Of a stretch of DNA of 64,000 nt, positions 20,945 to 34,182 are shown in pieces. The notes under the pieces are model-generated. The model had not been told where the DNA came from, ran no database searches, and was given only the letters and a program-made list of their open reading frames with translations. The position numbers and the translations under genes are program-made. The stretch is from Alphaproteobacteria bacterium (GTDB taxonomy: Bacteria; Pseudomonadota; Alphaproteobacteria; MPNO01), in the NCBI GenBank assembly GCA_965202835.1, contig CBDBCA010000002.1, forward strand, positions 1,671,200-1,735,199. The letters run 5' to 3'. The first letter of the stretch is position 1. The number at the start of each line of letters is the position of its first letter.

Positions 20945-21401
20945 CGCGCCCGGTCCCGCAACCGCCCCGCGAAACCCCAGCCTCGCACGGTTCCGCGCCC
21001 CGGTCCAGCGGCGGCTGACACCCCGCGCACGACACTGGTCGGCGATGTCGGTTCCCCGGGAACGCGGGAGTCAAGTCAGGGCGCATGGCTTCCCCGCCCG
21101 ACCAAAGCAATGCGGAACAAATCGAACGCCCCGGTCTCGACGGTGCCGGCTGCCGCGGCCTTTACGGAAGTAACGGCCCGGTGCCGCGCCACGCGGCGCC
21201 TCGGATGGACCGCCGGCGCGAAAAACCGGCCCGCCCCCCGCCGGCCATGATGGCTTGGAGGATGACCGCGACATGAACGGCGAGAGAGATCGCAAGATCG
21301 AATCCAGCATTCGCACACGAATCTCAAATATGCCGTTATAGTATTGGGGCGAATGGGTTAGGATTCGAAGTAATAGTGAAGATCAAAACGGGGAGGATGG
21401 G

Positions 21402-23432
21402 TTGAATAACGCAAGCGAAGCCAGCGCCGCCTGGCGACTCCATCCGAACCGTTCGCGCCGCGGGGCCGCCCTGATCGCGCTGGCGGCGGGCGCCGCCGTC
21501 CTCGGCGGAGTCCCGCATTCCCCGCCGGCGCTGGCGGCCGAGTTCGAGGCGGGCGGGCTGCAGGGTAGCGTGGACACCACGATCTCGCAGGGCATGGCCT
21601 TCCGGGTCGGGGAGCGCGACAAGACCCTGGCCGGCAAGACCAACAGCAATGACGGCAATCTCAACTACGACCGCGGCATCGTCGCCAACACGTCGAAGTT
21701 CACCACCGACCTCGACATGCGGGCCGGCGACTTCGGCCTGTTCGTCCGGACCGCCGGTTTCGTCGACCACGAGAACCGGGACGGCGAGAGGGAACGCACC
21801 GAGCTGAGCGGCGCGGCGAAGGAGCGCGTGGGCAGCGATCTCGGCGTGCTCGACGCCTACGTCACCGCCCCGTTCGAGGTCGGCGACGCGGCGATCGATC
21901 TCAGGCTCGGCAAGCACGTGCTCAACTGGGGAGAGAGCACCTTCATCCCGAACGGCATCAATGCCATCAACCCCTTCGACGTGAGCAAGCTCAGGCTGCC
22001 GGGTTCGGAATTGCGCGAGGCGCTGCTTCCCGTGTGGCTGGCCTCGGCCGAGGTAGCGCCGACTGACACCCTGTCGGTGGCGGGCTTCTACCAGTTCGTG
22101 TGGGAGGAAACCCATATCGACCCGGTGGGCAGCTACTTCTCGGTCACCGACTACGCGGGGCCGGGGGCGCGGAAGGCGGTGGTCAGCGATGTCACGCGCG
22201 GCAGGGACGACGGCCATCCGTTCGGTCCGCTCGCTGCGGCTATCGATGCCGATCTGGCCGCGTTGGGACAATTCGACCCGACCGCGGCCGCGATAGGGGC
22301 AACGGCCCCGATATCGTCCGACAGGGATTTTGCCGGCGTCCTGCGCGACCCGGACGCCGCGCCCCGGGACTCGGGCCAGTGGGGTCTGGCGCTACGCTAC
22401 CTTGCCGAGGAGCTGAACCATACCGAGCTCGGCTTCTACTTCATCAACTACCACAGCAGGCTGCCTACGATCGGCGCGCGAACCGCCCCCCGGAAGGCTA
22501 TCCAATCGGGTCTCGCGGCGGCGCGCGCGGTAAGCGGGCCGAGTTCCAGAACCGTCGCTGCCGTGACCCGGGAAGTTACCCAGCAAGTCACGAGCGCGGC
22601 ACAGGACGGATTGATTCCCCCGGAAGCCGTGCCGGATCAGATCCGGCAGCAGGTCGAGAAGCAAATCCAGGGAATCGTTCCGGCCCTTGCGATCGACCGC
22701 TACGGCAAGGGCGGGCACTACTTCCTCGAATATCCCGAGGACCTTCAGCTCTTCGGGCTGAGCTTCAACACCGTGCTGGGAGCTTCGGGCTGGGCGCTGC
22801 AGGGTGAATACTCCCTGCGTCCCAACGCGCCGCTGCAAAGAGCGGAGCGGACGGTGCTCGAGGAGGGTCTCCGACCGATCATCGACGCCCTCGGACTGTC
22901 CGCTGCCGGGGATCTGCAAGGTCTCGGCGGCTATCTCGCCACCTACCGGCCCTCCAAAGTTCAGGGCTATGTCGAGCGCGAGGTGAGCCAGGTCCAGGCC
23001 ACGGCCACCAGGGTATTCGGACCCATGGCGGGCGCGGACGCGCTCGTCTTCGTCGGGGAAGCCGCGCTGATGCATGTCCACGACATGCCGGACGAGCCCC
23101 TGGAGAGCCCCGCCGGCGGCACCCTCTCCGACGCCGCCGCCGACGCGGACGCCACGTCATGGGGTTACCGCGTGGCCGCGCGGCTCGACTACACCAACGC
23201 CATCGGCGCCGCGCATCTCTACCCCTACGCGCAGTTCCTGCACGACGTCGGCGGCAACAGCCCGGCGCCGAGCGGCCCGTTCGTGGAGGGCCGGACCGCG
23301 CTCACCCTCGGCGTCAGGGCCGACTATCTCAGCCGCTGGCAGGCCGACCTCGCCTACACGCGCTACGGCGGCGACGGAAACGACCTGAGCGACCGCGACT
23401 TCGTCTCCCTCTCCGTCAAGTACTCGTTCTGA
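21402..23432 (+). CDS. DUF1302 outer-membrane protein
   Basis: NDGNLNY, NWGESTF, NYHSRLP, C-terminal DRDFVSLSVKYSF. Confidence 0.9.
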   Translation: MNNASEASAAWRLHPNRSRRGAALIALAAGAAVLGGVPHSPPALAAEFEAGGLQGSVDTTISQGMAFRVGERDKTLAGKTNSNDGNLNYDRGIVANTSKFTTDLDMRAGDFGLFVRTAGFVDHENRDGERERTELSGAAKERVGSDLGVLDAYVTAPFEVGDAAIDLRLGKHVLNWGESTFIPNGINAINPFDVSKLRLPGSELREALLPVWLASAEVAPTDTLSVAGFYQFVWEETHIDPVGSYFSVTDYAGPGARKAVVSDVTRGRDDGHPFGPLAAAIDADLAALGQFDPTAAAIGATAPISSDRDFAGVLRDPDAAPRDSGQWGLALRYLAEELNHTELGFYFINYHSRLPTIGARTAPRKAIQSGLAAARAVSGPSSRTVAAVTREVTQQVTSAAQDGLIPPEAVPDQIRQQVEKQIQGIVPALAIDRYGKGGHYFLEYPEDLQLFGLSFNTVLGASGWALQGEYSLRPNAPLQRAERTVLEEGLRPIIDALGLSAAGDLQGLGGYLATYRPSKVQGYVEREVSQVQATATRVFGPMAGADALVFVGEAALMHVHDMPDEPLESPAGGTLSDAAADADATSWGYRVAARLDYTNAIGAAHLYPYAQFLHDVGGNSPAPSGPFVEGRTALTLGVRADYLSRWQADLAYTRYGGDGNDLSDRDFVSLSVKYSF

Positions 23433-23443
23433 GGACCGGAGCC

Positions 23444-24805
23444 ATGACCAAGAAATCGCTTCCGTTCGGCGCCGCCATCCTCCAGGGCTGCGTGCTGGCC
23501 TTCCCGGCGGCGGCCGAAATCTCCGCCGACCAGATCGCGCGGCTCGGCGCGGATCTCACCCCGCTCGGAGGGGAACGGGCCGGCAACGCCGACGGCACCA
23601 TCCCGGAATGGAACGGCGGCATCGTCAAGCCGCCCGCCGGGTACGAGCTGGGCGAGCATCACCGCGATCCGTATGCCGCCGACAAGCCGCGCTTCACGAT
23701 CGACGCCGGCAATCTGGACCGGCATCGCGACCGGCTCCCCATCGGGCTCCAGCGCATGCTGGAGACCTATCCGGGCTTCAACCTGCGGGTCTATCCGACC
23801 CGGCGCAGCGCTTCGGTCCCGCGGCGGATCTACGAAGCCACCCGCAAGATCGCGGCCGCCGCGAAGCTGGTGGACGGCGGCAACGGGGTGGCCGGCGCGG
23901 TGATCGGCATTCCCTTCCCGATCCCCGGGAACGGGCTGGAGGCGATCTGGAACCACCTGCTGCGCTACCGGGGCGAGTCGGTGGCCTGCGTCATCGGCCA
24001 GGCGGCGGTCACCCGGGGCGGCGCCTACACGCTGGTCAAGCAGAGCCTGGAAATCGAGCTGCGCTACTCGCTCCCCGGCATGACGTTGCAGAAGCTCGGC
24101 AACAGGATGATCCTGTTCAAGCAGAAGACGCTCGCGCCGGCCAGGCTCGCCGGGGACATCGTGCTGGTGCACGAGACCATGAACCAGGTCCGCGAGCCGC
24201 GAAACGCGTGGACCTACAACCCGGGGCAGCGGCGGGTGCGGCGCGCGCCCAATATCGCCTACGATAACCCCGGAACCTCGTCAGACGGGCTGCGCACCGC
24301 CGACCAGCTCGACATGTTCAACGGCGCCGTCGACCGCTACGACTGGAAGCTGCTCGGCAAGCGCGAGATGTACGTGCCCTACAACTCGTACCGGCTGCAC
24401 AGCGCCGACCTCGCCTTCACCGACATCCTCAAGCCGCTCCACGTCAACCCGGAGCATTTGCGCTACGAGCTGCACCGGGTATGGGTGGTGGAGGCGACGC
24501 TCAAGCAGGGCGCGTCCCACATCTACAAGCGGCGCACCTTCTATATCGACGAGGATTCCTGGCAGATCATGGTCGCGGACCTCTACGACAACCGCGATCA
24601 GCTGTGGCGGGTGTCGGAGGCGCACGCGATCAACTACTACGAGAAACCGCTGGTCTGGCCGACGCTCGAGGTCCACACCGATCTTCAGGCGGGCCGCTAT
24701 CTCGCCTTCGGCCTCGACAACGAGTTCCCGATGTGCACCTGGGACACCCGGCTGCGGTCGCGTGACTTCACCCCCGCCGCCCTGCGCCGCGAGGGCCGGC
24801 GCTGA
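23444..24805 (+). CDS. DUF1329 periplasmic protein
   Basis: LTPLGGERAGN.DGTIP.W.GG, PGQRRVRRAP, YELHRVWVVEA. Confidence 0.92.
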   Translation: MTKKSLPFGAAILQGCVLAFPAAAEISADQIARLGADLTPLGGERAGNADGTIPEWNGGIVKPPAGYELGEHHRDPYAADKPRFTIDAGNLDRHRDRLPIGLQRMLETYPGFNLRVYPTRRSASVPRRIYEATRKIAAAAKLVDGGNGVAGAVIGIPFPIPGNGLEAIWNHLLRYRGESVACVIGQAAVTRGGAYTLVKQSLEIELRYSLPGMTLQKLGNRMILFKQKTLAPARLAGDIVLVHETMNQVREPRNAWTYNPGQRRVRRAPNIAYDNPGTSSDGLRTADQLDMFNGAVDRYDWKLLGKREMYVPYNSYRLHSADLAFTDILKPLHVNPEHLRYELHRVWVVEATLKQGASHIYKRRTFYIDEDSWQIMVADLYDNRDQLWRVSEAHAINYYEKPLVWPTLEVHTDLQAGRYLAFGLDNEFPMCTWDTRLRSRDFTPAALRREGRR

Positions 24806-24913
24806 TCCGACGATACGACGGCCCCGGGCGACTCCGCCGACGGATGCCTTGCACCGCTTGCGTTCCATTCCGGCGGCTTCAAGTCGACAGGGTCCCGTCC
24901 CGCGCGCCCATAC

Positions 24914-25295
24914 CGTCCTGCCCGGATTTGTGCCAACTGGTGTCCGGTTTAGGCTGGGCGGACCGGGCGCATGGCTTGGGGGCGAGCGGGTTGTCGGCGC
25001 ATCGGCCGAATCGAGGCTCGGATCGCGGCACGCCCGCACCGCCCGTTACGGCATTTTCCGACCTGACCGGTTCGCGGCGGTCCGTACCACCGACCCACCC
25101 TCCCCCGGCCCCTCCCACAAGCGGGAGGGGAGAAGGCCAGGAAGGGTCGGCGAACCGAGTCCCCCTCTCCCCCCGCGGGGAGAGGGCCGGGGTGAAAGGG
25201 CTTCAGGGGGCGCCGGCGGGCCGCGCTCGTGCCCGGTCGAAAAACGCCCCAGAACGGCTGAACCGGACGGCGGTGGAACAAGCCCGGGCATGACG
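24914..25295. mobile_element. Degenerate MITE flanked by REP family-C halves and carrying a family-D doublet
   Basis: Ends ACTGGTGTCCGGTTTA / TGAACCGGACGGCGGT; first about 110 bp resemble the reverse complement of 51885-51994. Confidence 0.65.
25098..25200. repeat. REP-like doublet, family D (CCCTCxCCCGGCCCTCTCCC...GGGAGAGGG)
   Basis: Two inverted hairpin units; related unit at 52354-52391. Confidence 0.75.
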
Positions 25296-25347
25296 ACAAA
25301 GGGGGCGGTGTCGGAGGACGCCCGCAGCGCCCGCCAGTGTCCCCGAT

Positions 25348-25461
25348 TTGTCACCCCGGACTTGTTCCGGGGTCCGGAATTACCGGTACGGTCACAGCCC
25401 TTCTCCCCCCGGATCGCAGTCCGGGGCAGGCCTGGACCCCGGAACAAGTCCGGGGTGACAA
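25348..25461. repeat. REP-like doublet, family B (TGTCACCCCGGACTTGTTCCGGGGTCC)
   Basis: About 27-bp inverted arms; copies at 50480 and 51779, half copy at 48008. Confidence 0.9.
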
Positions 25462-26444
25462 GAGGGGGAGCCGAGGGAACGGCGATCCGGGACCGTGGGA
25501 TTCCCGCGCGTATCGCCTGTCTGGCACTGGCGTTCCTGCTCGGACTGCTCGCTTCGGCGGGCGCCGGGGCGGAAGAGGCGGTCCGGGCGCCGCTTTCGGT
25601 CCGGTCCCTGCTGCTCGACGGGGCCGCCGTCGGTTCGCGCGTGGTGGCGGTCGGCGAGCGCGGCCACGTTCTCGTATCGACCGACGACGGCGCCAGCTGG
25701 ACGCAGGCCAGGGTGCCGACCCGCGTCCTGCTCACCGCGGTGCACATGCACGACGCGCGCACCGGCTGGACGGTCGGGCACGACGCGACGATCCTGCGCA
25801 CCCGCGACGGCGGAGAGAGCTGGGCCGTGGTGCACCGGGCGCCGGAAGAGGAGCTTCCCCTGCTCGACGTCTGGTTCCGCGACGGGAAAACGGGATTCGC
25901 TATCGGGGCCTACGGTTACTTCCTCGCCACCGGGGACGGCGGCGAGACCTGGACCCGGCGGGCGATCGGGGAGGACGACTTCCATTTGAACGCCCTGATC
26001 CCGGTGGCGGGCAGGATGTCGCTCCGGCTCTATATCGCCGCGGAGGCCGGGGTCGTCTATCGCTCCGACGACGCCGGCGCGACCTGGCGCAGGCTGCCGT
26101 CGCCCTACGCCGGCTCGTGGTTCGGCGGGCTCGCGCTCGACGGGAACGAAGTGATTCTTGCCGGGCTCAGGGGCCACCTGTTCCGCTCCGACGACGCCGG
26201 CGAGAGCTGGACGCGGGTTCCCACCGGGACCGCCGCGACCCTCACCGGCGTCGCCCGCCTGCCCTCCGGTTCGATCGCGATCGTCGGCCTCGAAGGCAGC
26301 GTGCTGTTCAGCGGGGACGGAGGGCGCAGCGTGTCTTCCCGGAGGTTGCCGTCGCGCGAGGGGATCTCCGCCGTGCTGCCGCTCGCCGACGGCGGCGTGC
26401 TGCTGATCGGAGAGTTCGGCGTCCGCCGCCTGGCCGATCGATGA
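25455..26444 (+). CDS. YCF48/BNR-repeat beta-propeller protein
   Basis: AVGERG, repeated S/TxDxGxxW Asp-boxes; usual position in DUF1302-DUF1329-RND loci; start uncertain. Confidence 0.85.
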   Translation: MTRGGAEGTAIRDRGIPARIACLALAFLLGLLASAGAGAEEAVRAPLSVRSLLLDGAAVGSRVVAVGERGHVLVSTDDGASWTQARVPTRVLLTAVHMHDARTGWTVGHDATILRTRDGGESWAVVHRAPEEELPLLDVWFRDGKTGFAIGAYGYFLATGDGGETWTRRAIGEDDFHLNALIPVAGRMSLRLYIAAEAGVVYRSDDAGATWRRLPSPYAGSWFGGLALDGNEVILAGLRGHLFRSDDAGESWTRVPTGTAATLTGVARLPSGSIAIVGLEGSVLFSGDGGRSVSSRRLPSREGISAVLPLADGGVLLIGEFGVRRLADR

Positions 26445-26457
26445 CCCGGCGGGTTCG

Positions 26458-28770
26458 ATGACCGCCTGGATCGAAAACCTGCTGTTCGCCCGTCGCCGTC
26501 TCGTGCTCGCGGCGTTCGCGCTCGCCACCCTGGCGATGGGGTGGCAGGCGGCGGGGCTGAGGGTCGATGCCGGCTTCACCAAGCTGGTGCCGGTCGAGCA
26601 CGAATACATGAAGACCTTCCTGCAGTACCGCGACGAGTTCGGCGGCGCGGACCGCGTGCTGATCGCGGTGATGGCGCGGCAGGGCGACATGTTCACGCCC
26701 GGGTTCCTCGCGGCCTTGCGCAAGGCGACCGACGCGACGTTCTTCCTGCCGGGCGTGGACCGGACGCAGGTCTATTCGATCCTCACGCCCAACGTGCGGT
26801 TCATCGAGGTGGTGGAGGACGGCGTCGCCGCCGGCAACGTGCTGCCCGCGGATTTCGAGCCGACCGCGGCCGGCTTCGCCCGGCTGCGCGAGAACATCCT
26901 GAAGGCCGGGGTCGTCGGGCGCCTGGTGGCGAACGATTTCACCGGCGCGATCGTCGCCGCCAGGTTGCAGGAGTTCCACCCCGACACCGGCGAACGGCTC
27001 GACTACATCGAGGTGGCGCGCGAGCTGGAGCGCATCCGCCGCGAGGTCGGCCGGGGCGAAGGCGTGGACGTGCATGTCGACCTGCACGTCATCGGCTTCG
27101 CCAAGGTGGTGGGGGATGTCGCGGACGGAGCGTCCCGCGTCATCGCGTTCTTCGGGATCGCGTTCCTGATCACCGCGCTCTTCGTCTACGCCTATACCCG
27201 CTCGCTCCGGCTCACCGTGCCGCCGCTGGCATGCTCGCTGGTCGCGGTGATATGGCAGCTCGGCGGGCTCGCCGCGCTTGGCTTCGGCGTCGATCCGATG
27301 TCCATCCTGGTGCCGTTCCTGGTGTTCGCGATCGGGGTGAGCCACGGGGTGCAGATGGTGAGCGCGGTGCGCTCGGAGGCGGCGGGAGGCGCCGCCGGCA
27401 TCGACGCCGCGCGGGCGGCGTTTCGCGGGCTCCTGCTGCCGGGCACGGTGGCGCTCGCCTCCGACTCGGTGGGGTTCATCGCCATCGCGCTCATCGAGGT
27501 GCCGGTCATCAAGGAGATCGCGATCACCGCGAGCCTCGGGGTCGCCGCGATCATCCTCACCAACCTGGCGCTGCTGCCGGTTCTGCTGTCCTGGTTCGAC
27601 GCCGGCGAGGAGGAGCGCCGCGCCGCCCGGGAGCGCGACCGCATGTTCCGGCCGGTCTGGTCGCGCCTCGCCGGCGTGGCCCGCCGGGGACCGGCGCTGG
27701 CGGCGATCGGCGTGGCTGCGGCGCTGGTGGCGGCCGGCGCGAATTACGCCCCCCAGGTCCGTGTCGGAGACGAACGCCGGGGCGTGCCCGAGCTCAGGGC
27801 CGATTCCGTCTACAACCTCGATTCCGCCGCGATCGCCGCGCGCTTCGAGATCGGCGTGGACGTGCTCACCGTGATCTCGGAAACCGTCAAGGACGGCTGC
27901 GTGGACTACGAGGTGATGCGGACCCTCGACGACTTCGAATGGCACATGCGGAACGTGGACGGCGTCCAGTCGGTGCGCGGGCTCGCGGGCGTCGCCCGGG
28001 CGATCAACGCGAGCTGGAACGAGGGCAGCCTCAAATGGCGGACGCTGCCGCGCAACCGCCACATGCTGGTTCAGTCGGTCGCGCCGGTGCCGACCGGCAG
28101 CGGGCTCCTGAACCTCGACTGCAGCGTGATGCCGGTGTCGGTCTACACCGCCGATCACAAGGCCGAGACCATCGCGCGCGTCGTCGCGGCGGTGAAGGAA
28201 TTCGACGGCGCGAACCGCGACCGGCGCATCGCCTTCCGGCTCGCCGCGGGCAATGTCGGCGTGATGGCGGCGACCAACGAGGAGGTCGAGGCCGCGCAGT
28301 TCCCGATCCTCGCCTATGTCTACGCCGCGGTGATCGTGCTCTGCCTGGTGTCGTTCCGTTCGGTGGCGGCGACGGTGTGCATCGTCGTTCCGCTCGCCGC
28401 GGTCTCCCTGCTCGCATACGCGCTGATGGCGCTGCTGGAGATCGGACTCAAGGTCTCCACCCTGCCGGTGGTGGCGCTCGGCGTGGGGATCGGGGTGGAT
28501 TACGGCATCTACATCTACGGGCGGCTGCGCACTCATTTGCGGCAGGGGCTGGACTTCGCCGCGGCCTACGAACGGACGCTCGCCACCACCGGCGCGGGCG
28601 TCGTGCTGACCGGCCTCACGCTGGCCGCCGGCGTGGCGACCTGGATCGCGGCCCCGCTCAAGTTCCAGGCCGACATGGGAACGGTGCTCACCTTCATGTT
28701 CCTGGTCAACATGGTGGGCGCCGTGGTGCTGCTGCCCGCGCTCGGCGCGTGGCTGGCGCGAAAACCGTGA
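26458..28770 (+). CDS. RND/MMPL family transporter
   Basis: FAIGVSHGVQ, GVGIGVDYGIY, FQADMG. Confidence 0.92.
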   Translation: MTAWIENLLFARRRLVLAAFALATLAMGWQAAGLRVDAGFTKLVPVEHEYMKTFLQYRDEFGGADRVLIAVMARQGDMFTPGFLAALRKATDATFFLPGVDRTQVYSILTPNVRFIEVVEDGVAAGNVLPADFEPTAAGFARLRENILKAGVVGRLVANDFTGAIVAARLQEFHPDTGERLDYIEVARELERIRREVGRGEGVDVHVDLHVIGFAKVVGDVADGASRVIAFFGIAFLITALFVYAYTRSLRLTVPPLACSLVAVIWQLGGLAALGFGVDPMSILVPFLVFAIGVSHGVQMVSAVRSEAAGGAAGIDAARAAFRGLLLPGTVALASDSVGFIAIALIEVPVIKEIAITASLGVAAIILTNLALLPVLLSWFDAGEEERRAARERDRMFRPVWSRLAGVARRGPALAAIGVAAALVAAGANYAPQVRVGDERRGVPELRADSVYNLDSAAIAARFEIGVDVLTVISETVKDGCVDYEVMRTLDDFEWHMRNVDGVQSVRGLAGVARAINASWNEGSLKWRTLPRNRHMLVQSVAPVPTGSGLLNLDCSVMPVSVYTADHKAETIARVVAAVKEFDGANRDRRIAFRLAAGNVGVMAATNEEVEAAQFPILAYVYAAVIVLCLVSFRSVAATVCIVVPLAAVSLLAYALMALLEIGLKVSTLPVVALGVGIGVDYGIYIYGRLRTHLRQGLDFAAAYERTLATTGAGVVLTGLTLAAGVATWIAAPLKFQADMGTVLTFMFLVNMVGAVVLLPALGAWLARKP

Positions 28771-30917
28771 TGGGTCCCTCCCGCCGTTCCGCATTCGCCC
28801 TGCCGGCATCCTGGGCCTGTCTTCTCGCCGCCTTCATCGGGATCGTTGCCGCGCACGGCTCGGCGCAGGAAATCCGCGTCCTTTCAAGCCGCCCCGACAT
28901 GGTCACCGGCGGGGACGCCCTGGTGGGCATTGCGGGACCGGGTTCGGATCTCGCCGGTATTCGCGTGTATCTCGACGGAAGCGACGTCACCGGCTCGTTC
29001 CGCCGCTCCTCTTCCGGAGTGCTGATGGGATTGGTGGACGGGCTTTCCCGGCGCAGCGTGCTGCGCTACACGACCGGCGATGGCAAGCGGGGTGGCACGC
29101 TTTCGCTTACGAATTATCCCATCGAAGGGCCGGTATTTTCCGGACCGCACCAGCGGCCGTTCGTCTGCGAGACCGAGTCTTTCAGGCTGGTCTCAGGCGG
29201 GACGCTGGGCGCGCCGCTCGACGAAAACTGCTCGATCGAGCGCCGCGTCGACTACGCCTACCGGCCGTCCGGCGGCGGAAAGCTGAAGCCGCTACCCGAC
29301 CCCTCGCTGAGGCCGCCCGACCTCGCGACGACGACCACGCTGACCGGCGCGACGGTGCCCTTCATCGTCCGCATCGAGACCGGCACGGCGAACCGCGCGA
29401 TCTACCAGATCGCCATGTTGCACGATCCGGTAAACGAAGCCGCGCCCGACCCCTGGAGCGCGCCCGGCGGTTGGAACGGGCGGCTGGTCTACACCTTCGG
29501 CGGCGGCTGCGTGAACGGCTGGTTCCGCCAGGGCGCGCGCACCGGCGGGGTCACCGACCCCTGGCTGCTCGGGCGCGGCTACGCCGTCGCCTCGTCCAGC
29601 CTCAACGTGTTCGGCAACAACTGCAATGACGTGCTGGCCGCCGAGACCATGATGACGGTCAAGGAGCGCTTCGTCGAAGCCCATGGGGTGCCGCGCTTCA
29701 CGATCGGGCTGGGCTGCTCGGGCGGCGCGTACCAGGCGCACCAGATCGCCGACAACTATCCCGGGCTGCTCGACGGCATCGTGCCCGGCTGCAGCTTCCC
29801 CGACGTGATGTCGGCGACCATCCCGATGGTCACCGACGCGCGGCTGCTGCGCCGGTATTTCCACCGTGGCGGCGAGGTCCTGTTCAGCGAGCGGCAGCGG
29901 CACGCGGTCGCGGGGTTCCTGATGCTGGAAACCATGCACAACGTCTCGCACAAGGCCGGCCGCATCAGCGTCGGCGAGTTCTGCCCCGAAGCGCTGCCGG
30001 AGGAGCTCAGGTTCCACCCGACGGACAATCCGCGGGGCGCGCGCTGCGACGTCTTCGAGCACCACGCGAACGTCTTCGGCCGCGTCCCGGCGACCGGTAT
30101 CGCGCTCAGGCCGCTCGACAACGTGGGAGTCCAGTACGGCCTCGGGGTGCTCAACGAGGGCGTCATCGACGCCGCCCGGTTCCTCGACCTCAATGAGAAA
30201 ATCGGCGGCTACGACGCCGATGGGACGCACCACCCGGAACGGACCGAGGCGAGCCCGGAGACGGTGCGCATCGCCCACGAGACCGGCCGGGTGACCGGCG
30301 GCGGCGGCGGGCTGGCCGCGACGCCGATCATCGACTACCGCGCCTATAGCGACGACCGCGAGGCGGGCGACATCCACACCCGCTACCACTCGTTCTCCAT
30401 GCGGAAAAGGCTCGGGAAGGCGAACGGGCGGACGGACAACCACGTCATGCTGGTCGAGGACGGCCGCCACGGCCTCTACGCCATCGCCAGCCCGGTGCTG
30501 CGCTACGCGATCCGGCAGATGGACCGCTGGCTGGGGAACCTGGCCGCCGATACCTCGAACGACCCCCTCCCCGACAAGGTCGCGCGGGCGAGGCCGGCCG
30601 GTCTGGTGGACGCCTGCTGGTCGCGCGACGAGATGCCGGTGAAGATCGTCGAGACGCAGGAGCGCGCTTCCGGTCGCTGCGCCGAGCTATACCCCGCGCC
30701 GCCGTCGCCGCGCGAGATCGCCGGCGCGCCGCTCGCCAGCGACATCCTGAAGTGCCGCCTGAAGCCCGTCGACCCGGCCGACTACGCGATCCGCTTCGCC
30801 CCGGACGAGATGCGCCGCCTGCGTCGCATCTTCCCCCAGGGCGTCTGCGACTGGAGCCGGCCCGGCGTCGGCGTGGCGAAGCTCAGGGGCACCTGGCTCG
30901 GCTTCGGGCCGGGGTGA
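28770..30917 (+). CDS. DUF6351 / tannase-like exported hydrolase
   Basis: Signal peptide, SRPDMVTGGDALV, WNGRLVYTFGGGC, GCSGG, FPQGVCDWS. Confidence 0.82.
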   Translation: MGPSRRSAFALPASWACLLAAFIGIVAAHGSAQEIRVLSSRPDMVTGGDALVGIAGPGSDLAGIRVYLDGSDVTGSFRRSSSGVLMGLVDGLSRRSVLRYTTGDGKRGGTLSLTNYPIEGPVFSGPHQRPFVCETESFRLVSGGTLGAPLDENCSIERRVDYAYRPSGGGKLKPLPDPSLRPPDLATTTTLTGATVPFIVRIETGTANRAIYQIAMLHDPVNEAAPDPWSAPGGWNGRLVYTFGGGCVNGWFRQGARTGGVTDPWLLGRGYAVASSSLNVFGNNCNDVLAAETMMTVKERFVEAHGVPRFTIGLGCSGGAYQAHQIADNYPGLLDGIVPGCSFPDVMSATIPMVTDARLLRRYFHRGGEVLFSERQRHAVAGFLMLETMHNVSHKAGRISVGEFCPEALPEELRFHPTDNPRGARCDVFEHHANVFGRVPATGIALRPLDNVGVQYGLGVLNEGVIDAARFLDLNEKIGGYDADGTHHPERTEASPETVRIAHETGRVTGGGGGLAATPIIDYRAYSDDREAGDIHTRYHSFSMRKRLGKANGRTDNHVMLVEDGRHGLYAIASPVLRYAIRQMDRWLGNLAADTSNDPLPDKVARARPAGLVDACWSRDEMPVKIVETQERASGRCAELYPAPPSPREIAGAPLASDILKCRLKPVDPADYAIRFAPDEMRRLRRIFPQGVCDWSRPGVGVAKLRGTWLGFGPG

Positions 30918-31037
30918 GCCGCGCCGGTTGGTGACCGTGCCAACGGCGACACTCCACCCGAACAAGGCGGAAGGATGATGCCGCCCGCCCCGCGTGTCTT
31001 CGCACGGCGCCCCGTTCGGGTGATCGCGCGCCGGCGA

Positions 31038-34175
<3,138 letters not shown>

Positions 34176-34182
34176 GTCCTCG

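Noticed and set aside
20945-21400. Intergenic region between clpS and DUF1302 as an ncRNA or small gene
   Set aside because: No recognisable motif, stable terminator or credible ORF.
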